Positions 1-9,010 of a DNA stretch of 64,000 bases are shown in pieces. The notes beneath the pieces are model-generated. The model ran no database searches, was not told where the DNA came from, and was given only the letters and a program-made list of their open reading frames with translations. Numbering within the stretch: the stretch's first letter is position 1; every line of letters begins with the position of its first letter. The DNA comes from Bdellovibrionota bacterium (GTDB taxonomy: Bacteria; Bdellovibrionota_C; UBA2361; JAAYZI01): positions 512,001 to 576,000 of the forward strand of contig JBMNIF010000002.1 in assembly GCA_050950765.1 (NCBI GenBank), in the 5' to 3' direction. The position numbers were made by a program, and so were the translations under genes.

Positions 1-1783
1 TCTCAGGCGGAATATTATCTACACCACGCTCACGGTTACCCAAAGTACTAGACTTGGCGTTGATATCTAAAAGAACGTAATAGTCCGGTGAAGCTTGCGC
101 CGTCACATTAAGAACGATACCAACTTCAATCGTCTCCGTAGCTGCAGAACCACTTCCAGCAGCAGTAGCACCTTGACCTGTCGCAACACTCACACCACCT
201 TGAGGAAGTTTAATTCTGATCTTCTCAACGCTCTTAATAACAGCGGGCTCATTATTTGCAACTGCAACTGAAGGTCTCGAAACGACTTTAACCATTCCTT
301 CCGTTTCAGCTTGAGTGAGTCTAACATCCAAGCCTTTGCTACCATCAGCGCTACCAAAGAGCATACTTAAAGCAGAGCTCTGGTTTGATGACGGGAAGAA
401 GGAAGCGGCCGGAGATACGCTCGTTAAGTTTCCATCAGAATCAGCAGCAGCAGCAGAACCACCGATCTGCATTGAGTTCGGGAAATTGTATCCGAGTGCA
501 TTACCCGTTTCAGGTGTACGCATATAGAAGAAACCCAACTCACTACCAAGGGTACGAACAAAATTACGTGTTGCCTCAACGATCTGAGTTTCAATCAAAA
601 CTTGCGGAGTTCTTAAATCTAACTTCTGAACTAAGACAGTGACGTTTCTCAAACCTTTTGAAATATCCTTAACAATCAACTGATTGGTACGGTCTTCAAA
701 AGCAACTGTTCCACGCTCGGTAATAACGGACTCAATAAGGGGCTGTAACTCGGAAGCTTTAGCGTAGCTAACACGAATATACTGAACCTTAAGTGGCTCT
801 AACTCCTCAGCAGCTTGTAAAGATTGACGTAGCTGTTCACGCTCCAACTTTAACTTCTCAACAGGAGCGATACGTACAACGTTCCCCTCTTGAACTTTAT
901 CAAGACCGTTAGTCTTTAAGATCACATCAAGAGCCTGATCCCAAGGCACATCAATCAAGCGTAAAGTAACTTTACCGGTCACATCACCACTTGCAATAAT
1001 ATTCAGATTAGAAACTTCAGCGATGATCCTAAGGGCATTATCGATATCTGTGTCTTGCAGATCTAAAGAGATTAAGCGCCCTGTATATTGGGATTCTCCG
1101 AGCAACTCACTAAAATCTGCTGCGGTAGCTTCATCAATAGCCCCTCCAGCAATAACATCATCTGCAACCTCTTCAACCCTCTCATCAGTCGCTTGTGCTA
1201 ACACTTCAGAGCGATCTGAAATCGTAGCAGCATCAGCAATGGCCATAACCATCAACTTACTGCCGCGTGCTTCAACCTTTAAAAGGGTATCGGTCTCTGA
1301 AAAGATACGGAGTGCAACATTATCGCCCTCTTGAACAGCACGGACAGAACGAATCTTTCCGTTATCACGTGGAGCTAAAAGTGTGCGTTCGACATCTTCA
1401 GCAATTCCGGCATCCTCAAGAGTTAAGACATATTCTGACGGAGCAGTCTTGTTGAAAGTATAAAATCCGACTGCTTGTAAATCAGCAACAATTGCGTTAC
1501 TGCCGTGTCCTAATTGTTCAAAACGTAGATCCACGAGCGCTGTCTTGTGATCGCTTTCTCCCAACGCAACCGTGTTTAACTCAAGCCCCTTAGACTCGTC
1601 AGCTTCAACTCTTTGATCGTGCACATCAACGATTCCTCGGTCACTCGCAACAATATCTGCAGAATCGCTTTCAGGCATAGTGGTCGGCGCAAATCCTCCA
1701 CAGGCTGATAAACCTAAAATGGAAAGCAAAAACGCTGCCACAACAAAACCGTTAAAGTTCATCTGGTTTGTTTTACCATTCAT
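1..1783 (-). CDS. pilQ: Type IV pilus secretin PilQ, 5' part (runs off the window start; absent from the ORF track)
   Basis: Hand translation from ATG at 1783 (SD AGGGAG): lipoprotein-like signal ending LGLSAC, then secretin N0/N1 motif ISLDLQDTDIDNALRIIAEVSNLNIIASGDVTGKVTLRLIDVPWDQALDVILKTNGL and secretin core LDVRLTQAETEGMVKVVSRPSVAVANNEPA; downstream of pilMNO. Confidence 0.93.
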   Translation of the reverse strand, partial: MNGKTNQMNFNGFVVAAFLLSILGLSACGGFAPTTMPESDSADIVASDRGIVDVHDQRVEADESKGLELNTVALGESDHKTALVDLRFEQLGHGSNAIVADLQAVGFYTFNKTAPSEYVLTLEDAGIAEDVERTLLAPRDNGKIRSVRAVQEGDNVALRIFSETDTLLKVEARGSKLMVMAIADAATISDRSEVLAQATDERVEEVADDVIAGGAIDEATAADFSELLGESQYTGRLISLDLQDTDIDNALRIIAEVSNLNIIASGDVTGKVTLRLIDVPWDQALDVILKTNGLDKVQEGNVVRIAPVEKLKLEREQLRQSLQAAEELEPLKVQYIRVSYAKASELQPLIESVITERGTVAFEDRTNQLIVKDISKGLRNVTVLVQKLDLRTPQVLIETQIVEATRNFVRTLGSELGFFYMRTPETGNALGYNFPNSMQIGGSAAAADSDGNLTSVSPAASFFPSSNQSSALSMLFGSADGSKGLDVRLTQAETEGMVKVVSRPSVAVANNEPAVIKSVEKIRIKLPQGGVSVATGQGATAAGSGSAATETIEVGIVLNVTAQASPDYYVLLDINAKSSTLGNRERGVDNIPPE

Positions 1784-2366
1784 GAGGGTTCTCCCTAAAT
1801 ACGAACTTATTAACAAGGCTTCCACAATCCGTTAGGTGTTAAAACTACAACCAAAAACAAAAAACGTAAAAGCCTTTCAAAACTCAAATGCGTGAAGAAA
1901 TTATCAGACACGCATACACCTAATAATCAATTACGGAACCAACAGAGTCAAAAAAAATAATAATTTTTCTATTTTTCTCTGAAGGCAACCTCCCCAGCAG
2001 GATACTAATTTGCCGGACACTCCCTGACAACATAGAAAATTAACCTGCAACAAGAATTTTATGGAGGTGCCTGCACAACCGTATGCGGATAAACACCTCC
2101 TAATAAGACTCCATGAATATGGCAAATAAAGAACTATGTCAACAACCATTTAAAGCAGATCTGAGAGCTATCTATTTGAAATAACAGATGAAAAATAGAT
2201 TTTTGGTAATGTTTTTTCTCTAAGTTATAAGGCTTCAAAAACACAAAATCGAGTGATTTTTTAGGAAATGGAGCGCGCTGCAAAGCTCTGACAGGAGAGC
2301 TTACTCACTTAGATAACAGTAGGAAAATATTACAATATCGTTACAAAAAACGAGTATAACGACGTT

Positions 2367-3002
2367 CTACCTACGCCTTCTCCTCTTTGATTTTGCTTTG
2401 ATAGCATCAGCTTCAGCTTTCGCAATTCTTTCACTTTCATCAAGATAACGGAAAGACGTTATAATGCAGCTACTTCTGACAAGAACTTCCTCCTTACTCT
2501 CTGTGTTGAGATCGATACTTACGGTATCGATATTAACGATTCTGGAGAGGTGCCCCACCTCGTCAAAAAATGTTACTAACTGGTGAAAATTTCCTTCAAC
2601 TTCAAGATACATCGGAACTTCAGCAAAAAAATCTTTAATAACCTCCTGCTGAGGGGTGAACTTAATTACTTCTAAACCGATATCCGTTGCTAACGAAGAA
2701 AGGGATGCTAAGAGAACCTGTATCTCCTTTTTGTCGGGGAGTTGTGCAAAGACCCGTTCTAATTGCGCATCTAGTTTCTCAATATTACTTCGCAAACGGG
2801 GAAGTTGCCGCACCTTACGTTGTGCCGTAGCGATACCGTTACTGAGAGTCTCACTTTTATTATTCAGAGACTCTAACCTTTGCCACTCTCCTTTATAAAA
2901 ATACAACCAGAACACCAGCGCCAGCACTAACAAAGTTCCGCACCATAAAGCGATCTTCTGCGATAACGGACGAGCCTCTATTTTTTCAAAGATAGCGTTC
3001 AT
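2367..3002 (-). CDS. pilO: Type IV pilus assembly protein PilO
   Basis: N-terminal TM, coiled coil, LPDKKEI..LL, F.EVP...V.GNFHQL..FFDEV..L.RIVNI motifs; overlaps the pilN stop. Confidence 0.92.
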   Translation of the reverse strand: MNAIFEKIEARPLSQKIALWCGTLLVLALVFWLYFYKGEWQRLESLNNKSETLSNGIATAQRKVRQLPRLRSNIEKLDAQLERVFAQLPDKKEIQVLLASLSSLATDIGLEVIKFTPQQEVIKDFFAEVPMYLEVEGNFHQLVTFFDEVGHLSRIVNIDTVSIDLNTESKEEVLVRSSCIITSFRYLDESERIAKAEADAIKAKSKRRRRR

Positions 3003-3766
3003 ATCTCCTCTTCCTCTTTCTTCTCAGCCTTAACCAAAACGCTATTAAGTTTTCCGGCGTAATTAACCTTAGCCGTAACGGTGAACTCCTTAATTTTAAT
3101 ATTAAACTCATCTAGCGCCGCTTTTCTCGCATTTTCAATATCATTCCGACTTTTCTCTCTGACAGACCACCGCTTGGCAGGTGTGGTGCCTTTTTTGCCG
3201 CCACCTGCTTTTGTAGCACGTTTATCTGAACGTAGAGCCTGTAAATCAGGTGTCGCCTGAACTTGTCCTGTACGCTTAGCGTAATACATCTGATCCGAAG
3301 TGATTAATTCAACAGAGCTGAAGTAATCAGAGTTATCCAGATTCTTCATAAAGATGGATATACTTTCATTATTTAAAGCACGCCCTTTTATAGTAAAGAA
3401 TCCATTTTTCTCAATTACTGAACGTAACCAAACGTGTGACGGAACCGCCAGATTCAGATCATCAAAAACCCTAACAGGTCCTATTTTATTCTGATTAACA
3501 CGTGCGATAACCGCTAATTTTTCATTAAGGAGTTTATCTTTTACCTCCAACTCATCAATCTCCTTAGTCTGTTTCTTTAGATGTTCAAACTGGGCCTCTA
3601 AAGTAGCCACCTGTTGCTCTTTTACTTCAATATCTTTAACGATCCCGCCATACATCACATAAAAAGCGGCGAGTAAACAAAGTATGGAAAGAAAGTAACA
3701 AACAAGCCCTATCCTCCAAGCGAGTTTACTATCACACTCCTCTCCAAGAAGGTTTATCTTTATCAT
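2999..3766 (-). CDS. pilN: Type IV pilus assembly protein PilN
   Basis: N-terminal MIKINLL motif, TM, coiled coil, VP..VWL and I..FM.NL..S.YF..V.L motifs. Confidence 0.92.
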   Translation of the reverse strand: MIKINLLGEECDSKLAWRIGLVCYFLSILCLLAAFYVMYGGIVKDIEVKEQQVATLEAQFEHLKKQTKEIDELEVKDKLLNEKLAVIARVNQNKIGPVRVFDDLNLAVPSHVWLRSVIEKNGFFTIKGRALNNESISIFMKNLDNSDYFSSVELITSDQMYYAKRTGQVQATPDLQALRSDKRATKAGGGKKGTTPAKRWSVREKSRNDIENARKAALDEFNIKIKEFTVTAKVNYAGKLNSVLVKAEKKEEEEI

Positions 3767-3812
3767 TTTCGACCCCGTTTAATTTCACTCACTCCGGCAT
3801 AACTTGCAGATC

Positions 3813-4895
3813 TTATCTATCTTTATCAAACCTATCCCCGACATGCCTTATCCCCATACCTACTGCTATGGCTAACTTCGTTCTTCTACCCTCATCTAAG
3901 TATGCAGCATCAAGATCGTGATCAATCTTAAGCCCCCTTAAAGGATCGATCCGTTCACACGGCACGCCTGTTTTATCACTAATCTCTTCCAATAAACTCG
4001 GCACAAGAGAGGCACCACCTGTCATAAAGATATTATCAATTCCACCCTCTGCACCGGAAGCGTTCCAAAACATACTCAACTGTCTATTCAACTCAGCTGC
4101 TACCCGCTCCGCTTTTTTATGTAAAACCTCTAAAACTAATTCGGCATCAGCACTACCGACACCCTCTCCCAATTTCTGTCTCTCTGCATCTTCAAAACTA
4201 CCACCAAGCTCCTGCACTAACGCTTCTGAAAAAGTTTTTCCACCAAGAGTCATATCTCCTGTAAAGAGCGATTGTCCTCCTTTGCAGATATTGATACCGG
4301 AGTAACGTGACCCCATATCGATCAAGGTCACCGTTTTTGAAAGGAGCTCTGGATATGCCAATTCAAAACAGTTTTGCAAAGCAAAGTAATCTACATCAAC
4401 CAAGACCACATCAAGCCCTGCTTCAGAAACAGCGTCTATATAACTGTCAACGATCTCGTCTTTTACCGCCACAACCAAGAGGTCATAATTATTTTTGCTT
4501 TTTTCTCCGATGATATGAAAATCTATCTTAACACTACCGACACTAGGCGGAAGAAAGTTGGCTGTCTCCATCTCCAAGCACGCTTTTAATTCGGAATAAG
4601 ATAACTTCGGCATCGTCATCCGTTTTGTAAAGACACTCGGTCCAGGCATAGACACTACCGCCTTATCAGCATCAAAATCTTTTTCTTCTAAAAGCTCTGC
4701 TATTTTTGCTGAAACGTTCTCAGGTTTTACAATGCTGTTATTTACAAACGTATCCGGAGCTAACGCACTCTCTGCCACATTCAGCAACGTATAAGGTGTA
4801 GTTGTAGTATCAAGCTCAACCAACTTAACGGAGCTACTTCCGATATCAACCGCTAACAGATCTTCTTTACTAGAAAACAGACCCCCTATCCCCAT
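3813..4895 (-). CDS. pilM: Type IV pilus assembly actin-like protein PilM
   Basis: AVDIGSSSVKLVEL, VDVDYFAL.N, IDMG and MTGGASL motifs; ATG at 4895 preferred over the upstream TTG at 4922. Confidence 0.93.
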   Translation of the reverse strand: MGIGGLFSSKEDLLAVDIGSSSVKLVELDTTTTPYTLLNVAESALAPDTFVNNSIVKPENVSAKIAELLEEKDFDADKAVVSMPGPSVFTKRMTMPKLSYSELKACLEMETANFLPPSVGSVKIDFHIIGEKSKNNYDLLVVAVKDEIVDSYIDAVSEAGLDVVLVDVDYFALQNCFELAYPELLSKTVTLIDMGSRYSGINICKGGQSLFTGDMTLGGKTFSEALVQELGGSFEDAERQKLGEGVGSADAELVLEVLHKKAERVAAELNRQLSMFWNASGAEGGIDNIFMTGGASLVPSLLEEISDKTGVPCERIDPLRGLKIDHDLDAAYLDEGRRTKLAIAVGMGIRHVGDRFDKDR

Positions 4896-5177
4896 TTTGA
4901 AATCCCAAAAAAACACAATCAACTAAGAATGATTAGAAACAACACTATAACCGTCGTAAGATCTATCGAAAGAAAAGAGAAATAAATCAACCGAAAAAAT
5001 ACTAATTTTCGGCACAGGCGATCCTACTCAAGCGACCTATTATTTAACTATCTTATTTTATTATATAAAACCAGCCTTAGCGCAACCTCAAGACACTATC
5101 TCTTCTAAGCGGAGTATAAAGCTGTTAGATTTCTCTTCCCTTTGTTTAGATTTTACCCGTTGTGTACATTGCGGATT

Positions 5178-7436
5178 ATGTCAGAACGATTTGTAAATAT
5201 CGCTGTTCCACCACTTAAGCAGCTCTTCACCTACTCCGTACCAGATGGGGGCGCTATCGCCATCGGTTCGTGTTTAAGGGTTAGTTTCGGCAAGCAATCA
5301 CGTCTCGGATACGTCATTGAAGAGGTTGAAGCACCTGCAACTACGCATAAAATAAAAGAGCTAAATCTGAATCAAGATATCCGACACTGTTTTTTACCGT
5401 CACAGCTACAATTTCTAAAATGGATCTCAAGTTATTATGGTGTTCCGCTCTCACTTGCAATTGAAACAGCACTCCCAAAAATTACCTCTGCAAAAGAAGA
5501 ACGGTTTATCCGTTTTCTTAAAACCCCTGAAAAAGCGTTGCGCGGAAAGGTGCAGAACGAACTTTTTGAAGAGATTAAGGGAAGAACCGATCTGATCCCT
5601 TATACACAACTTTTAAAAAAACATACCTCTATTCTGCCTGCTTTACGCGCCCTGCAAGAAAAAGGGTTAATCGAGATCTTCACTCAAAAAAAAGAATATA
5701 AAACAACGATCACTCCACCCGCTTGGGCAAAACGTGAAGTCGTTCTTAATGAAGATCAGATCAATGCTTTAAACTGCATAAAAGAGAGTTTACTAATTGC
5801 AAAAAACTATTGCACCACCTGCAACGACGAAAACGGTTCAGCACTTTCAGATCAATCTTTATCAAAACCTATCCCACCTTTTTTAATGCACGGCGTTACA
5901 GGTAGTGGAAAAACGGAGGTTTATATTGAAGCTATCAACGCCGCAAAAGATCTGGGACTAGGATCGTTAGTGATAGTTCCTGAGATCGCTCTTACACCAC
6001 AACTGATTGACCGTTTTACAGCGAGACTCGGTAACGATATAGCTATTTTACACAGTGGCATTTCAGACCGTGAAAGGTGGAGCGCTTGGAGCGCCCTTCT
6101 TGAAGGGAAGATACAGATAGCTATCGGTGCACGATCTGGTATCTTTGCACCGATTCAAAACTTAGGGCTGATCATCGTTGATGAAGAACACGATAGCTCT
6201 TTTAAACAATCTGATGGACTCCGTTATAATGCCAGAGATCTCGCTGTTGTTTTAGCCTCACTACGTCACTGCCCCGTTGTCTTAGGATCTGCCACACCAT
6301 CACTTGAAAGTTATCACAACGCTCTTACAAAAAAATACCGTTACCTTCCGTTACGGAAACGTCACCATTCAGGATCGGATATCGTGGTTTCTATCATTGA
6401 TATGAATAAGAGCAGAGCGGAAGAGCGTCCGTCACCGTCATTATCTAAAGAATTATACACAGCTATTACAGAAAAATTAGCACATAAAGAACAGGTTTTT
6501 ATCCTTTACAATAGACGTGGTTTTGCCTGTTATTTACAGTGCGATAAGTGCAACAAAGTCATAACTTGTCCGAATTGTAGTGTTACTCTAACCATGCACG
6601 CTTCAGACAACACTTTAAAGTGTCACTACTGCGATTATAAAATTCCAGCACCAACCCTATGCCCACACTGCACGGCAGAAGAAGTAGGATCATTAATCCT
6701 TAGAGGCTCCGGCACGGAAAAAGTTTTTGAAGAGATTGCGGATCTTTTTCCTGAAGCGAAACTTTCTCGTCTTGATCGAGATGCGGCAGATAATCCACAA
6801 CAGTACAGACAGATCCTTGATGATGTAAGAAACGGCACAACTGATATCTTAATCGGCACACAGATGATCGCTAAAGGACACGATCTACCAAAGGTAACTT
6901 TAGTTGGTATCGTTGATTGTGATGTCGGACTGAATATGCCTGATTTTCGCGCTTCAGAACGTGTATTTCAACTTTTAACTCAAGCCTCCGGTCGAGCGGG
7001 ACGTGGCACTTTACAGGGGCGTGTTCTCTTACAAACACACATTCCCAATCACCTCAGTTTGCAAAGTACAAAACTTAAAAGTTTTGCAACCTTTGCTAAA
7101 GCAGAATTATCCTCTAGAAAAGAGCTGTTTTATCCCCCCTTTTCACGCATCTTGCGTGTACTTGTTTCCTCAGAAGATCAACAAGAACCTTTTTTAATCT
7201 TGTCGAAGTGGCGAGACCTTAGCGCGAACCTTATCTCAAAACAGAACTTAGCAGTTTCTATACTTGGTCCCTGCCCAACTGCTATCGCTCGTATCCGTAA
7301 CAGATGGCGTTGGCACCTCCTCTTTAAATCAAAAGCCCCCAGCGCTTTAAATATAATAATGAACGCCCTTCAAACTCAAAAAGTAAGCTCCTCCACACGC
7401 ATAGCTTTTGACTTAGACCCACAAGACCTACTTTAA
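5178..7436 (+). CDS. priA: Primosomal protein N' (replication restart helicase PriA)
   Basis: HGVTGSGKTEVY, VPEIALTPQ, IVDEEHD, NRRG, four CxxC pairs, GTQMIAKGHD; ATG at 5178 (ORF opens at 5142). Confidence 0.96.
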   Translation: MSERFVNIAVPPLKQLFTYSVPDGGAIAIGSCLRVSFGKQSRLGYVIEEVEAPATTHKIKELNLNQDIRHCFLPSQLQFLKWISSYYGVPLSLAIETALPKITSAKEERFIRFLKTPEKALRGKVQNELFEEIKGRTDLIPYTQLLKKHTSILPALRALQEKGLIEIFTQKKEYKTTITPPAWAKREVVLNEDQINALNCIKESLLIAKNYCTTCNDENGSALSDQSLSKPIPPFLMHGVTGSGKTEVYIEAINAAKDLGLGSLVIVPEIALTPQLIDRFTARLGNDIAILHSGISDRERWSAWSALLEGKIQIAIGARSGIFAPIQNLGLIIVDEEHDSSFKQSDGLRYNARDLAVVLASLRHCPVVLGSATPSLESYHNALTKKYRYLPLRKRHHSGSDIVVSIIDMNKSRAEERPSPSLSKELYTAITEKLAHKEQVFILYNRRGFACYLQCDKCNKVITCPNCSVTLTMHASDNTLKCHYCDYKIPAPTLCPHCTAEEVGSLILRGSGTEKVFEEIADLFPEAKLSRLDRDAADNPQQYRQILDDVRNGTTDILIGTQMIAKGHDLPKVTLVGIVDCDVGLNMPDFRASERVFQLLTQASGRAGRGTLQGRVLLQTHIPNHLSLQSTKLKSFATFAKAELSSRKELFYPPFSRILRVLVSSEDQQEPFLILSKWRDLSANLISKQNLAVSILGPCPTAIARIRNRWRWHLLFKSKAPSALNIIMNALQTQKVSSSTRIAFDLDPQDLL

Positions 7437-7513
7437 AAAATATACACTTAAAGATAAGAAAGTTTTAAGGTCTACTAAAAAACATCCATAGAGATAAGAA
7501 AGTAATTAAATTT

Positions 7514-7640
7514 TTTTACCACAATAATTCTCTGCTTCTTCGTTACTTTGTAACCTTTTTTACCTCTATGATTCTCTGCTTCCTTCTTATTTTGTAGCCC
7601 CTTTTTACCTCAATAATTCTCTGCTTCCTTTTTATTTACA
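7514..7640. repeat. Intergenic tandem repeat, ~3 x 44-45 bp
   Basis: TTTTACC-n-C-n-AT-n-ATTCTCTGCTTC core recurs at ~7514, 7558 and 7603. Confidence 0.75.
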
Positions 7641-7658
7641 CGATTTTTTTAGAACAGA

Positions 7659-8072
7659 TTACCTTCCGCCTCTTGCTTTTTTGCACGCGGCTAAAGCTTC
7701 TTCTGCAAACGTTTCTAGATTTAAGAGCTCTCTATTTTTTGCTTTAATTTTACGTTTTAAATTTCTTTTTTTAGCGGAGTTTTTAGTTTCTTTTCTTTTC
7801 CTCTGTAATTTAACTTTTTCACTCCTTGCTTTCATAATCAGAACGCTAAACGGTTCAAAAACAAGTTTATTCCCCTCTTTAAACATTCCGGCTGTGATAA
7901 CACTTCCCGCTATTCGACAAGCGACATTGGTACCGTCATCCGTCTTAGCAGCAAAGATCTGCCCTGTTGTTTTTGGAAGTGGTCTAGGAGTTGGTCTCGG
8001 TCCACACGCCAAAGCAGGCGTTACAATAAATGCAGATAATCCCAATGCAATTAATAACTTCTGAACCTTCAT
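7659..8072 (-). CDS. Small secreted Lys/Arg-rich hypothetical protein
   Basis: Strong SD AAGGAGGTG, signal peptide ending PALA, Pro-rich linker, basic coiled coil. Confidence 0.7.
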   Translation of the reverse strand: MKVQKLLIALGLSAFIVTPALACGPRPTPRPLPKTTGQIFAAKTDDGTNVACRIAGSVITAGMFKEGNKLVFEPFSVLIMKARSEKVKLQRKRKETKNSAKKRNLKRKIKAKNRELLNLETFAEEALAACKKARGGR

Positions 8073-8214
8073 GGCACCTCCTTCGTTTAACGGACATTTA
8101 ACACACGTTTAACGCAACACTCACATTTTAAGATATCGGTACTTTATTTTTATTGTTAATGTTCTGACGCTAAATCATCCGCTCTAACATAAAATTTTTT
8201 TCCCTACCAATTAC

Positions 8215-8490
8215 CACTCGCTAGGGACAGTAGAACGGGCTGATACTAAAAAATGAATTGGCTAGATATTTACGGAGGTTAAAAACACTCGCTAGGGACA
8301 GTAGAACGGGCTGATACTAAAAAATGAATTAGTTAGGTTTTCACGAAGGTAAAAAGTGTCGCCCTTCAGTGCCGCTAATAATATCAAGATGTTAGCAAAA
8401 GTTTAAGGTTTCGGATCTGGTGCCACCCTTCAGCTAAAAGTGGATGTCCTAATTAGAAGGCTACGGGGGTTAAAACACCCTTCAGTATTG
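8215..8490 (+). repeat. Dispersed ~70-bp intergenic repeat family, locus 1 (two 71-bp tandem units plus degenerate tail)
   Basis: CACTCGCTAGGGACAGTAGAACGGGCTGATACTAAAAAATGAATT at 8215 and 8286; homologous to 29636-29776, 38166-38292 and 21330-21362. Confidence 0.85.
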
Positions 8491-8706
8491 CCTTTAGTGC
8501 TGAAATAATAAAATTTAATAATATCAATACATTACCAAACACTTAGGATTTAATTGAAAGTAAGTCCCCTAAAAAGAAGAAAAGCACTTATATAAAATAA
8601 TTTTATTTCTATATAGAAAAATACTTGAAATGTTCAGATAGTTTTGATATGAAATAAAACTAGAAAGGGGGAAACGTTATAAACAACTTTATTGGAGCGT
8701 CTTTAT

Positions 8707-8907
8707 ATGATTACTCAAAATATCTCACTAACTTTAGATATGATGGCTGCTTTTCTTACCGTTATCTATATCGTACACCTACTCGTCAAACGCTACTTTA
8801 ACAAGACACACCTAAGCGGGATCTCATCATACTTTACTTCACCTAGTAGTATTGAAAAGGGGCTTTTAGCGAGACAACACGTCTCTCGCACACCGATATT
8901 TAATTAA
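8707..8907 (+). CDS. Possible small single-TM membrane protein
   Basis: ATG at 8707 after GGAG; one hydrophobic stretch; no recognisable family. Confidence 0.35.
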   Translation: MITQNISLTLDMMAAFLTVIYIVHLLVKRYFNKTHLSGISSYFTSPSSIEKGLLARQHVSRTPIFN

Positions 8908-9010
8908 GACATCCCCCAAGCTCAAATTAAGTACACCTTACTTTCAAAAAATACCACCTTATTCAGCGCAATCACTGTACAGAAGGTGTAAAATAAACGA
9001 AATTGGGCAC

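Noticed and set aside
315..1455. Plus-strand ORFs 315-527, 385-642, 1023-1334 and 1267-1455
   Set aside because: Antisense shadows of pilQ
1931..2149. 72-aa ORF as a pilP candidate
   Set aside because: No lipobox or PilP beta-domain, no SD; it overlaps the promoter-like and hairpin sequence
7514..8490. CRISPR array (44-bp and 71-bp periodic repeats)
   Set aside because: Inter-repeat sequences resemble each other rather than being unique spacers; only 2-3 units; no cas genes in the window
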